Virus record (IMG/VR): IMGVR_UViG_2937884906_000001 | Coordinates: 15,842 to 79,841 of that record | Length of the DNA: 64,000 bases | From: a virus | Lineage: Duplodnaviria > Caudoviricetes | Direction: 5' to 3' (one strand) | Part shown: piece by piece, positions 9,512-19,332 of the stretch | Layout of the letters: each line of letters begins with the position of its first letter | Position numbering within the stretch: position 1 is the first letter of the stretch | Notes under the pieces: generated by a model | Told to the model about the DNA's origin: nothing | What the model saw: the letters and a program-made list of their open reading frames with translations, nothing else | Databases searched by the model: none | Program-made: the position numbers and the translations under genes

Positions 9512-9897
9512 AGATCCAGATCCCAGATGATATATTTCATGACCATTCCCTGTTTAAGTGGGCCGGAGTATTGGAAATTGCTGGCGTTCACCCGAACCCA
9601 TGCTGAAGCATTGGTTGGAGAGGCAGAAAGAACAAAATCGTTGATGTAGAGGCCGATATAATCATTCGGCCCTGTCGTCTCCACGCACGAGAACATAATC
9701 ATCGGCATGTTCACGAACGTTTTTCCGTAATTTATCTGATTGATATTTGATTGGAATACAACCGACCCCTTTGAATGAACCGGACCCTGACCGAAATCGC
9801 TGTCGAACAGCAGATCCTTGCCGGTCACGGTCATCACGTTGAAACCGGGTTTCGATACCTTCAGGCCGCTTGCTGTGAGAAGAACCCTGTTAGCCAA
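9508..9897 (-). CDS. Tail-tip accessory paralog 3
   Basis: MANRVLL..GLKVSKPGFNVMT shared with the next two ORFs. Confidence 0.6.
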   Translation of the reverse strand: MANRVLLTASGLKVSKPGFNVMTVTGKDLLFDSDFGQGPVHSKGSVVFQSNINQINYGKTFVNMPMIMFSCVETTGPNDYIGLYINDFVLSASPTNASAWVRVNASNFQYSGPLKQGMVMKYIIWDLDL

Positions 9898-10258
9898 CTG
9901 GGATCCTTAATACCGCATAGGTCATCGTTCCGTCGTTCGAGATAGAGACGTCGCAGTGGAGCTTGATCGAGGTGAAGCTCAAATATTGAGCCCATATAAT
10001 AGACGTATACTGAGCATTGAACCCCGTAACCTTTGGAAAAATCATAATCATTGGAAAAAAGCCGAGGTTCGGCGTCGTGATGGTTACCTCCTTGCCTGAC
10101 GGGATTGTCAAGCGACCCGTCTGAACAAACTGGAACGCCTGAAAATTCGTCGAGAACAGCAAGTCGGAGTCGGCTGCGGTCATGACGTTGACCCCCGGCT
10201 TCGAGATGAATAGTCCAATGTCCGAGCCTCTGTTTCCCAGGCAAAGTCTGTTGCTCAA
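9890..10258 (-). CDS. Tail-tip accessory paralog 2
   Basis: MSNRLCLG..GLFISKPGVNVMT. Confidence 0.6.
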   Translation of the reverse strand: MSNRLCLGNRGSDIGLFISKPGVNVMTAADSDLLFSTNFQAFQFVQTGRLTIPSGKEVTITTPNLGFFPMIMIFPKVTGFNAQYTSIIWAQYLSFTSIKLHCDVSISNDGTMTYAVLRIPVG

Positions 10259-10656
10259 AATTGGTTTCCCATGATCGCGTAATAAACGATGTCAGAAGCG
10301 CCACTATTCCCAAGGGAGAATGTCACCGACCCGTAGGAGCTCTGCAACACGACACTGTGGTTTGTTTCGTCCGTAAGCATGATGCACCGGAGAACATTCA
10401 GTGGATAAAATAGACCTCCCTTCTTAGCCATGGCTAGACAAGACAGGCTTGTGTTGTAGAACGGAAGAGGGAGGCGGACATAATTGGAGGCTGTCAGATT
10501 GATTTGACCGACTTGCAGAATGTTGCCCGCCTCGTTCCAATCACTGCTGAAAGCCAGCTGCTCGTTCTTGACAGCAGTGGTCACATCATAACTGGGTTTC
10601 GCGATCAGCAGCTTGTAGTTGGCGCCGATCTTGCCGAGAAGAACTCTGTTCGACAT
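10255..10656 (-). CDS. Tail-tip accessory paralog 1
   Basis: MSNRVLLG..KLLIAKPSYDVTT. Confidence 0.6.
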   Translation of the reverse strand: MSNRVLLGKIGANYKLLIAKPSYDVTTAVKNEQLAFSSDWNEAGNILQVGQINLTASNYVRLPLPFYNTSLSCLAMAKKGGLFYPLNVLRCIMLTDETNHSVVLQSSYGSVTFSLGNSGASDIVYYAIMGNQF

Positions 10657-13600
10657 CAGGTGTTATCCGACATGAGAAGGCGCCCATTGGTCAGGCTCCA
10701 GCTTTGCTTGCCGTCTGACGAGCGGATCTCACCGACCGTCACAAGGCCGACGTTGGCGCTGATCGCGGACAACGAGTTGGTCTCAATGCTGCCGGGACCA
10801 ATCAACGTGGCACCACCAACGCTCCATGGCGACGGCTGGGTCTGGTTGTCGGTCGCCTCACCAAAGAAGGGGCGAGCGAGCCAACAATAACAGTCCGTGC
10901 CGGCAACTTTTGGCAAGGAGCCAAGAATTACAAGAGCTTTTACGGCGCCGGCTGGAGCCGTAGCAATAACAAATTCACGACGATATAGACCAAGGTTGTA
11001 GTTTGCCAGTCCATTGTCTGGACCACCGCTAGAGATATTGCTATCTAGAATAGCTACTCCGTCAGCATTGTAAAAACGTAAAATGCCAAAGTTCTTTGTT
11101 CGGATCGTATAGAAGTATGCTGAAAGTTGATACTTCTTTCCTGGAATGACCGGGAAATATTTAGTCGCTCCAACTGCATCGGTCGCTACAAAATAACCAT
11201 AGTCAGCCGCTGCTGACCCAACAGCCGTGTATATCTGAAGCGCTCCACCCGGAGGTGCATAACCGTCAGTTCGTATGGCAGCACCGACAGTCGCCGAGGT
11301 GCGGCTTAGTGCCCAATTGGTCAATCCGGCACTGAGATCAGCATTGTCAAGCCAGTTTCCGCCCGTGCCTACCTGAAGATGCTGTGCCTGGATCCCGCCA
11401 TCAACGATCAAGCTTCCGCCATATCGTTTTCTAAGAGACCCGTACTCACACACGTAAGCGGTGTCTGGTGCGGCGCCACCGTTGGTGTCAAAAACAAGAC
11501 GAGCAAACGATGCACCTACAGGAGCATTCGCAGACACCGACCTCAACGTGTGACCAGTGTCTGCGATACTCCATACTGGAAGAATGGTATTGGTGATTAT
11601 AGTCGTTTTATCTGCTTTAACCCACTGACAATACATACGCAGATTGCCAATAGTGCCGGCGGTGCCCATACGCATAACGCCGGATATTTCGTAATTTTCT
11701 CCTGGGTCAACAGATATCCACTGGCTAATCGCAATATTTCCCGACGTTTGCGCCGGCATCAACAAATCAGTTCCACTGCTATTGTAGCCAATGTTGCCAA
11801 CATTCAATCTAAAGCTGGCGCTGGGGTGTAGTATTGCCCAGGCATTTTGACTGGCAAAATACGGATCAGAATTCAGATTGTCGAAATTGGTGATCAACAT
11901 CTCGCGGGCTGTGACTGAGCCTGCCTGGATGTGCCGGGACTTGATGGCGTCGGTTTGGATGGCATCGGAGTCGATCGCGTTGACCCGCGCCTGGTCGGCG
12001 ATGACCGTGCCGGTCTTCAGCTGACCACCGTCGATGATCGTGCGCCCGTAGGTGCCATCCAGGGACTTTCCCCCTTTGTAGGTCGCAACCACGATCGCGT
12101 CGTGATCGAAGGCCGTCAGAGGGTCTGTGGTGGCCGTAAGCGTCGTGGCGCCCTTCATGAAGCAAATGAAGAGGGTGCTCGTCGCCCAGGTGGCGTTGCC
12201 GGCCGCGATATTGCGCGTGGCTGTGTTGCCGTCGTCGCCGGTGTAGCGCACGACGCCAGAGGTCCACGACACCATGTTGGTGCTCGGGCTGTTGTAGTCG
12301 AAGATGATGTCCTCGACCTGAAGACCACGCTGGCCGAAGATGCCCTTGTCAGCTGTGACGGTTCCGGTCCCCAGCTTGTTGCCGTCGATCGTCGTCAGAT
12401 CGCCAGGGTTGCGCCAGTCCGACAACATGGTGTCGCCCTGGACGCGGACCTTGCCGCCTTCGATCGAGACTGAGCCACCGTTGATCAGATCCGCGAGTTC
12501 AGGGCACTCGGGCGTGACCAAAGTCTCTTCCGCGGTGGTGCCGGAGCGGTTGCCGAACTGGTCGACCGCAGACGCACGAACCTTGTAGGTCTGGAGCGGA
12601 AGCACGGTCCACTCGAACGTGGGCGTACTGGAGGTGAAGCTCACCCAGTTGCCGGCGTTCTGCTTGATCTCGAAATCGAAGTAGGCGAAGTCCTGGTCGG
12701 CCGCCGCGTTCAGGCCAGCTGTCAGGATCATGCGCTGCACGACGCCCTCGACCGTCTCCAGGCGAGAGGACAGCGCAAGGCCAGTCGGGTCAGCCGGGGG
12801 TTCGATGTCCACCGTCTGATAGGATTGAGCTAAGACCTCCTGACTGTAATTCAGTTCGGTCTTGCCCATCGTGTCGTAGAGAGCGACCACGGCGTAGCAG
12901 ACACTCATGCTCGGGACCGCCACCGACAGAGTGTTGCTGTTGATGTCCATGCTGGGAGCATGAGAGGTCGGATCTATCCCCGGCGTGTTTGAGAGCCAGA
13001 TCAGGGCGCCCACATAGTCGACCAGGCCGTCGATCGGCCAGGAGAAGGAAACCGATCCGAAACCACGGTCGGCCGCCACCAGGGGTGCTGCCGGAGCGGG
13101 GTTCTTGATCAGGAAAGAGACTGGGGCCGAGTTGTTGCCGAAGAGATCGTAGGCGGTGACCGCCACGCGCAACTGGCGCGTGGCCGCGTCGGCGCGGATC
13201 ATCGCGGTCGTGTACGAGAAGGCCGGAGCGCTGACGAACACCGTTCGCAGGAGCACTTCGCTGTCGTTGAAGATCTGCACACGGTAAGAGGCGAGCGCGG
13301 GGTCACTCTCCCCAGGCTCCCACTGCAGATCAGCATGGACATCGTCGAACAGATGCAGCGCGCCGTCGACCCCAGACTGGTTGGTGAGCGTCAGGTTCTT
13401 GATCGGGGCGACCGCACGGACCTCGCCACTGAGGTCGATGTCCGCATAGCCGATGACGGATTTTTGACCGGTCAATGCCAGCGCTTGGATCGAGAAGAGG
13501 TAGCGGCCCTGCTTGACGTCGTAGAGCTCAAACCGGGGTGTCTTCACCTCGCCGTTGAACTGCCACTGGTCGTCGTTGAAACGCGAGCTGATCGAATAGG

Positions 13601-16100
13601 TCCGCACGAATTTGTTGGGGTGTGGATCCCATTCGACACGCAGATTTTGGACAGGGCGACCGTTGCGGACCTCCGAGAAGGGTGTCACACGCGCGTTGGT
13701 GACGGCCGAGAGATCGGTCGGGAACTCGGGAATATCGACGACGACTGAGCCTGGTGACTCGGCGGCGGTGGGATACTTCGTCCGGTTCACCTCGATCGCG
13801 CTGATGGTAACGCTCTCGCTGTCCCCTTCCCCCTCACCACCCTCACCGATCGTGAGAACCCGGTAAGGCTTTGCGTTCAGGCCGATAGAAAAGACTGCCT
13901 GGGTAGGAATGCCGCTTGGCAGCTGCTCGGTGACCTTGAGCACCTTTGTCGCGTGGCCAACCGACGCCACGTCGATCGGCAAGGTTGCGAGCTCAAACTG
14001 GTTCAGGTTGATGACGATCTCGTGGTCGAAGCCGTCTTCCAAGAAGACGTTGTCCCGCAAGAAAATAAGCTGACTGCCATCAGTGCCTGTGATGCGGCCG
14101 GTGATGACGTCATCCATGGTGTCGTCGGAGACAAGGATGATCTCGTAAGGCTCGAGATAGAGACCCTCGCGCGCCGTCTCGAACGTGACCGTTTCCACTT
14201 CGGTCTGATCAGTCAGCAGCTTGACCGTTGCCCGGAAGATGGCCTCGTCGGCGTTGTTACAACCTACCGCGATGAAATCGTCGGGAGCACGCCCGTACGC
14301 GTCGATCGCCGGCTGGGACCTGACACGCCGCTGGTCTTGGGCGTAGAAGAGCGCCGGGTTTTTGAAGGCAACCGTGTAGTCGTTGATGCGGCTTTCGATT
14401 TCCGTATAGGAATACTTGAAGATGCCGTTTTTGACGTTCTCCTTGGCGAACAGATGGACTGCCGGCGCTTGGCCGTTGTCCAGGCGCAGCCGGCCGTAGC
14501 CGTTGCCGTCGTCAAAGAAGCGACCACCGAACACACCGAAAATGTAGGTGGCCAGCTCGCGCGGCGATTGGGGGTCTTTGATCAGCTGGTTGAAGGTGAA
14601 TTGGGGCTTGCCGTTGGGGAGCCGGATATCGCACCACTGGCCCGCCTCATAGACGTCGAAAGGATCGAGCGTGATCGGATAGGTGGAGCTCATGCCATAG
14701 ACGTCGTTCTCGACCATGTCGTAGCCGACGAAGGCAGGGTTATTGCTGTAGGCCTGCTTCCAGGTGCCGTCCCAGATGCCTGCGTAGGTGCGAGCCACTG
14801 GGTCGTAGTTCGAGGGCACCTTGACGATCCGTCCTTCGTAGACGCCCTGAAACGTCGGCAGGCTGGAGAACTGATCGCTGGCCCTGCCCTTCAGACGGAT
14901 GGTTGCCAGGTTCGGGAACAGCAGCGGCTCTGCCTTCACCTCCTGGAAGCTCTCCCAGGAGACGTCGGTGCGATCGTCTTCGAGATCGTCGCTGTCCGTC
15001 GTCAGCTTGGTGACGCGGATGTCGTACGGGACGCCGATACGGTCGACCTTGATCCGCACTTCCTTGACGGCGTTCGAGGTGATCTTCTCGTTGACATGAA
15101 GAACGCCATTCTGGGAAATGATCTTGTTGCCGGCGGTGGGGTCATAAGTGCCCTTTGCCGGAAGCGACGTGACCCAGGCAGCGCCATTGAACCACAATAA
15201 GCGGGCGGAGGCCGGATTGTACCAAAGGTCACCGACCCGGGGGCTGGCGGGCGTGCCAGACGTCCAGAAATAGATGGTGCGCTTGATGTCCGACCGGGTT
15301 GGGTCGATCAGGGCGATGTAGTTCGCATCCTCGAAGGTGGCGCTCTCCCGACCGACCGTGGCGTCAACGGTGAGACCGTCAGGAACATAGAACTCCTCAT
15401 TCGAATAGAACTTCGGGTGGAACTCACCCGCGGCCGAATTGATCCACCACACGCGGTTGCCATAGGCGGGCGCCAGGGCACGCTCTTCGGAGGTCGGGTC
15501 CGGCTCGGCAGGTTGGTTGTAGATCACCTGAGTACGGCCGGCGGTCATGGCCGATACGATGTCACCGCGGTGGACGACCTTCAGACTGTTCTCATACTGC
15601 TGGGTCGTCGTTCCGATCTCGGCATACAGGACTGGAAGCTGCCAAGTTGCTTCGTCGGACGGCTTGATCTCGATCCTCACATCGAGATCTCGGGCGCTCG
15701 TCCCGTCCTCATTTGAACGCAGGAGTTGATTGATGACGAGACGGAGCTCCAGCCAGTCGATGTCGACTTGCGAGCCCTGTCTGGTGACGCCAACATTCTG
15801 CGCGAGACTGCTACTGACGGTCGTGCTGGTGGCCTGGCCACCCAGCGACAAGACGATGAGCTCGCCCTGCGGTGACCCCACATTCACGTCGAGCTCAAAA
15901 TCCTGAAAATTGGGGCTTCCGTTTGCGTTGAGCAGCGGGGTTTCGCCAATGTAGAAGTTCTTGGCGCTGTTGTCCTTCAGACCCTTGATCTTGCCTTCGG
16001 AGACGGCCAGAACCACTTCGACGATATCGTCGGTGAAATAGCTGTCGGGACTATTGCTCGCCCCACCGCCACCAAAGCCGCTGCCTGCAAACTTACGCAT
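10656..16100 (-). CDS. Central tail fibre / host-specificity protein J
   Basis: lambda J-like motifs (AVSEGKIKGL, YSNNPAF, FETAREG), FN3-like middle, carbohydrate-binding-like C-terminal modules. Confidence 0.9.
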   Translation of the reverse strand: MRKFAGSGFGGGGASNSPDSYFTDDIVEVVLAVSEGKIKGLKDNSAKNFYIGETPLLNANGSPNFQDFELDVNVGSPQGELIVLSLGGQATSTTVSSSLAQNVGVTRQGSQVDIDWLELRLVINQLLRSNEDGTSARDLDVRIEIKPSDEATWQLPVLYAEIGTTTQQYENSLKVVHRGDIVSAMTAGRTQVIYNQPAEPDPTSEERALAPAYGNRVWWINSAAGEFHPKFYSNEEFYVPDGLTVDATVGRESATFEDANYIALIDPTRSDIKRTIYFWTSGTPASPRVGDLWYNPASARLLWFNGAAWVTSLPAKGTYDPTAGNKIISQNGVLHVNEKITSNAVKEVRIKVDRIGVPYDIRVTKLTTDSDDLEDDRTDVSWESFQEVKAEPLLFPNLATIRLKGRASDQFSSLPTFQGVYEGRIVKVPSNYDPVARTYAGIWDGTWKQAYSNNPAFVGYDMVENDVYGMSSTYPITLDPFDVYEAGQWCDIRLPNGKPQFTFNQLIKDPQSPRELATYIFGVFGGRFFDDGNGYGRLRLDNGQAPAVHLFAKENVKNGIFKYSYTEIESRINDYTVAFKNPALFYAQDQRRVRSQPAIDAYGRAPDDFIAVGCNNADEAIFRATVKLLTDQTEVETVTFETAREGLYLEPYEIILVSDDTMDDVITGRITGTDGSQLIFLRDNVFLEDGFDHEIVINLNQFELATLPIDVASVGHATKVLKVTEQLPSGIPTQAVFSIGLNAKPYRVLTIGEGGEGEGDSESVTISAIEVNRTKYPTAAESPGSVVVDIPEFPTDLSAVTNARVTPFSEVRNGRPVQNLRVEWDPHPNKFVRTYSISSRFNDDQWQFNGEVKTPRFELYDVKQGRYLFSIQALALTGQKSVIGYADIDLSGEVRAVAPIKNLTLTNQSGVDGALHLFDDVHADLQWEPGESDPALASYRVQIFNDSEVLLRTVFVSAPAFSYTTAMIRADAATRQLRVAVTAYDLFGNNSAPVSFLIKNPAPAAPLVAADRGFGSVSFSWPIDGLVDYVGALIWLSNTPGIDPTSHAPSMDINSNTLSVAVPSMSVCYAVVALYDTMGKTELNYSQEVLAQSYQTVDIEPPADPTGLALSSRLETVEGVVQRMILTAGLNAAADQDFAYFDFEIKQNAGNWVSFTSSTPTFEWTVLPLQTYKVRASAVDQFGNRSGTTAEETLVTPECPELADLINGGSVSIEGGKVRVQGDTMLSDWRNPGDLTTIDGNKLGTGTVTADKGIFGQRGLQVEDIIFDYNSPSTNMVSWTSGVVRYTGDDGNTATRNIAAGNATWATSTLFICFMKGATTLTATTDPLTAFDHDAIVVATYKGGKSLDGTYGRTIIDGGQLKTGTVIADQARVNAIDSDAIQTDAIKSRHIQAGSVTAREMLITNFDNLNSDPYFASQNAWAILHPSASFRLNVGNIGYNSSGTDLLMPAQTSGNIAISQWISVDPGENYEISGVMRMGTAGTIGNLRMYCQWVKADKTTIITNTILPVWSIADTGHTLRSVSANAPVGASFARLVFDTNGGAAPDTAYVCEYGSLRKRYGGSLIVDGGIQAQHLQVGTGGNWLDNADLSAGLTNWALSRTSATVGAAIRTDGYAPPGGALQIYTAVGSAAADYGYFVATDAVGATKYFPVIPGKKYQLSAYFYTIRTKNFGILRFYNADGVAILDSNISSGGPDNGLANYNLGLYRREFVIATAPAGAVKALVILGSLPKVAGTDCYCWLARPFFGEATDNQTQPSPWSVGGATLIGPGSIETNSLSAISANVGLVTVGEIRSSDGKQSWSLTNGRLLMSDNT

Positions 16101-17118
16101 TGGCCCACCGCTTACGCATCCACGCGAGACGATCGACCGCTTGCTCGGGGTCGAACTCCCAACGGATAAAGTTCAAGGGTGAAGTCGCGTACGGGTCGAT
16201 CAGCGCCACCGGGCAGGTGTAGAGATTGAGGTTCTCCGCGCCGATCGCATCGCCGAAGCTGTCGATTTCCTTGTAGGTGCCGACCTGGACCGCGTGGAAA
16301 GCGCGCTCGGCGCCGGGATGAGCTCCCAGCGTGTAGCCGGCCGAGTGAATGTGACCAGAGACGTAGATGTCGTGCTGACCGTCGAACAGCGCCTTCTTCA
16401 CGGCGCCGAAATTCTTCAGGTACATGGAATTGCCGGGGAAGCCGTGCGCGGCGTAGATGCCCAGCTTGCGACCGTTTGGGAAGCGCAGGCCGACACGGGC
16501 ACGCCAGTCGCGGGCGGCGCCCGCATTGCCGGCCAGCATCTGGTCGAGGATCTTGGAGTGGCCAGACCACAGGTCGTGGTTGCCGTAGATCACGAACATC
16601 CAGTGGACGCGGTTCAGGAAATATTCGACCAGTGCGCGGGCCTCGGCCCCATCAGTGGTCTGCTCGGACCAGAGACGTGCGAGACGGCCGGACCAGTTGT
16701 TCCACATGTCGCCGAGGCAAGCACCGAACATGCCCTCGTTGCGACCGTCGAAGATTTCGGTGTGTCGAAGCAGGAGCTTGATGTTGCAGCCGTCGCTGTC
16801 GACGTGGGGGTCACCCATGAAGCCGAGACCGACCGGGCCGTCGATGTTGATCCTGACCGGGATCAGCTTGTCGTGCTCGCGCTGCTTGTTTTTCTTTTCG
16901 AAAACCCGGATCCGGCGCTCGAGCAGCTCTTCGATGTCGACAGCCGGACCATCATCCACCGTGAACGGCTCATCGGCCGCTGTGGGCATGTTTGCCAGCG
17001 CGCGCCGGAGCGTCCGCTCGGAGATGTCGAAGCCCATGCTGCGAAGCATCCGCTCAGCCGGTCGGAAGCCTCCTGCCTTGCTGAACGCCTCGATCATCTT
17101 CTCGGGAGTTGGTTTCAT
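16093..17118 (-). CDS. Calcineurin-like metallophosphoesterase with N-terminal HTH-like region
   Basis: GDPH, LGD, GNHD, AHG and SGHIH motifs in canonical order. Confidence 0.85.
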   Translation of the reverse strand: MKPTPEKMIEAFSKAGGFRPAERMLRSMGFDISERTLRRALANMPTAADEPFTVDDGPAVDIEELLERRIRVFEKKNKQREHDKLIPVRINIDGPVGLGFMGDPHVDSDGCNIKLLLRHTEIFDGRNEGMFGACLGDMWNNWSGRLARLWSEQTTDGAEARALVEYFLNRVHWMFVIYGNHDLWSGHSKILDQMLAGNAGAARDWRARVGLRFPNGRKLGIYAAHGFPGNSMYLKNFGAVKKALFDGQHDIYVSGHIHSAGYTLGAHPGAERAFHAVQVGTYKEIDSFGDAIGAENLNLYTCPVALIDPYATSPLNFIRWEFDPEQAVDRLAWMRKRWANA

Positions 17119-17124
17119 GTGCTG

Positions 17125-17652
17125 TTATCCCGTTACAATTGCGTCGGTGTCGAAGGAGAGGTAATGGCCGCCGCACAGGTCCTCGCCGTACAGAAACGGG
17201 ATGCGCGTCCCGATCGTGACCGTGTTCTCGGAGGCTCCGAGGTAGTGAGATTTTTTCTGGTCGTCTTCGCTGCTGGGGGTCGGCATCAGCATCTGCGCAA
17301 CGCCACCGAGGAAGGCGAGCGCGCCCGCTTGAACCAGCCAGCCGACGCCCGCAAACCAACCCACCGCCACGAGTGCGACACCGAGCAGGATCTGGAGAAA
17401 CCCGCCCTTCTTGCCGCCTACGAACTGGGGAATGAGATGGATCTCCCCGTCCTTGGCCGGCCGGTACAAGTCTTCGACCTTGTCACAACCCACCACCGAG
17501 ATACGGTGGCGGCCGTGGACGGCGTTTGGACGGAAGCCAGGGAGTTGGGGAGTAACGAGGGCGACAGCTTCGGCGACAGTGGCGGCTTCGACCTCGATCG
17601 GGCCCTCATGGAATTTGGCGAAGTATCCGTGGAGGAATACCTTAACCTTCAT
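17125..17652 (-). CDS. Tail tip assembly protein I (lambda gpI-like)
   Basis: Ubiquitin-like N-terminus, Gly-rich hydrophobic stretch, GTRIPFLYGE. Confidence 0.85.
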   Translation of the reverse strand: MKVKVFLHGYFAKFHEGPIEVEAATVAEAVALVTPQLPGFRPNAVHGRHRISVVGCDKVEDLYRPAKDGEIHLIPQFVGGKKGGFLQILLGVALVAVGWFAGVGWLVQAGALAFLGGVAQMLMPTPSSEDDQKKSHYLGASENTVTIGTRIPFLYGEDLCGGHYLSFDTDAIVTG

Positions 17653-17992
17653 TTTCCCATTTCTGATCGGTCAGGACGCGGCCCTTATCGACGCGATACG
17701 AAGTCACTCCGTCCGTACCGATGATGAGGTGAAGCCAGTCGCGATAGTTGCGGAAGCCGTACCAGTCGTTGGTCGAGAGGTTCGAGTTCTGGCCGGGGTG
17801 GGTGTGCCACGTTGCGGCGATCTTGTCGTGGTACTTGAGTAGGTCCTGACCCGACACTTCGAAGCCGTTGTCCGAATGGATACAGATGTTTTCAACCTCG
17901 ACGATCTCGCCGGTCGTCAGGACGAAGCCGACGCGCTCAGGGCCGTCCGTCAGCTTCTGGTTGAGTTCCTGAATGGGCGGCTCGAAGTTCAT
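17642..17992 (-). CDS. JAB/MPN domain tail-tip protein (gpK N-terminal half)
   Basis: ERVGFVL...HTHPG..SNLSTND. Confidence 0.8.
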   Translation of the reverse strand: MNFEPPIQELNQKLTDGPERVGFVLTTGEIVEVENICIHSDNGFEVSGQDLLKYHDKIAATWHTHPGQNSNLSTNDWYGFRNYRDWLHLIIGTDGVTSYRVDKGRVLTDQKWENEG

Positions 17993-18452
17993 CCAACAGC
18001 TTCTGCTTGCTCGGCGAAAGGAAGTCCCGAAGATCTCGTGTCTCCGTCTCGGTGACGACGACACTTGGAACATCCTGATGGCGATAGATCGCGATGCAGT
18101 TGTTCCTCATAATTCCCCGGAACGGGTCGACCTTTGAAAGGCCACCGTACAGGTGGTGGAGAATGCGTCCGTTTTCAACGAAAACACCGCAGTGATTTCC
18201 AAAAGTGGAGCCGACTGCGGCGACCGCAACATCCCCGAATTTGATCTCGGTCGGATGGACCTGAACTTCCCGAAAGCCCATGCTCTTGTAGTTGTCGCCG
18301 AACAGGTTTAGACCTCTCTGATAGAAGTCTTCTGGACGGGCTATATTGGGCAATTCGATGCCGAAAATGTCACGATAGAAGTCGCGCACCAAGCCGAAAC
18401 AGTCACACGACGCCCATACGAATTGACGGCCAAGAAGGTGCTGATAGTTCAT
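17937..18452 (-). CDS. NlpC/P60 tail-tip protein (gpK C-terminal half)
   Basis: DCFGLVRDFY and NHCGVFV...ILHH. Confidence 0.85.
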   Translation of the reverse strand: MNYQHLLGRQFVWASCDCFGLVRDFYRDIFGIELPNIARPEDFYQRGLNLFGDNYKSMGFREVQVHPTEIKFGDVAVAAVGSTFGNHCGVFVENGRILHHLYGGLSKVDPFRGIMRNNCIAIYRHQDVPSVVVTETETRDLRDFLSPSKQKLLDELRAAHSGTQPEADGRP

Positions 18453-18949
18453 CAGGCGAGCCTCACCATGGGGAACTCCGGAGGGATGAATTGGCGGGCC
18501 GGAACCTTGCTGTTTGGCCCCTCGGTCATAACCCGCAGCTCTGCGGTGATTGATTGGCCGGCGGTTACATCAGCGATCCGGGAAATGTACCACATGCGGC
18601 GCTGATAGATCTGCACGTCGCCTTCGTAGTGGTCACGCAGGAGCCGATAGCGAATGACTGTGGCACGATCGAGCAGACGCTGGCGCACGAGCGTGCTGAA
18701 CACACCGTCCGGGTTGATCAGCTGCAGCCTCGGTCGGGTTTCCTCACCATCGGCCGATCGTTTCTCCCCCGAGATCTGGATGCCGAACATCTCCCAAGAT
18801 TGTCCCTGCCAGGTGCGGGTGGTGCTGTCGCTCAGACGCAGAATAACCGGCTCTGTCCGGAGCTGGATCTCGTAGAGGTTCACGTATCCGTCCGCAGTCA
18901 GCTTCTGCGACTCGGTCATATGCTCGATTGGTTTGTTGATGTCGCTCAT
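18452..18949 (-). CDS. Tail tip protein L-like
   Basis: Synteny M-L-K-I-J; start at ATG 18949 coupled to the upstream stop. Confidence 0.65.
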   Translation of the reverse strand: MSDINKPIEHMTESQKLTADGYVNLYEIQLRTEPVILRLSDSTTRTWQGQSWEMFGIQISGEKRSADGEETRPRLQLINPDGVFSTLVRQRLLDRATVIRYRLLRDHYEGDVQIYQRRMWYISRIADVTAGQSITAELRVMTEGPNSKVPARQFIPPEFPMVRLA

Positions 18950-19332
18950 GGCTGGAGGATGAACTCGACGTTGACCTGCTCGGTTTGGCCGTTGCCCTTC
19001 TCGACGCCTTTGGGCACCTGGAGCGGCTTGGAGAAACGAACTTTGACCAAACCACGGCGCGGGTGTGGGTAGTTGAATGGCTCGTAGAGCCGATGGGCCT
19101 CGTAGAAGTCTTGCAAGCATTGCATGTTGCGTTGGGGCTCGCGGACGGCGTCCACAACACCAGGACTGCTCTCGAAGAACCACATCGCTTTGAAGGCCAG
19201 CTTGAAGGTGATCTGGTCCGGCCCGTTGGGCTTGGTGGCGAACTGGTAGCCGCCGCCAAACTGGATCACGGTCGAACTCTGCGGATATTCATCCGCCACG
19301 GTGTGAAAGGGAAAGTCGAAGGTCTGCATCAT
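18946..19332 (-). CDS. Distal tail protein M-like
   Basis: QFGGGYQFATKPNG motif; ATGA overlap with tape measure stop. Confidence 0.7.
   Translation of the reverse strand: MMQTFDFPFHTVADEYPQSSTVIQFGGGYQFATKPNGPDQITFKLAFKAMWFFESSPGVVDAVREPQRNMQCLQDFYEAHRLYEPFNYPHPRRGLVKVRFSKPLQVPKGVEKGNGQTEQVNVEFILQP

Noticed and set aside
10656-11890. Diversity-generating retroelement target in J
   Set aside because: No reverse transcriptase and no TR/VR repeat pair seen
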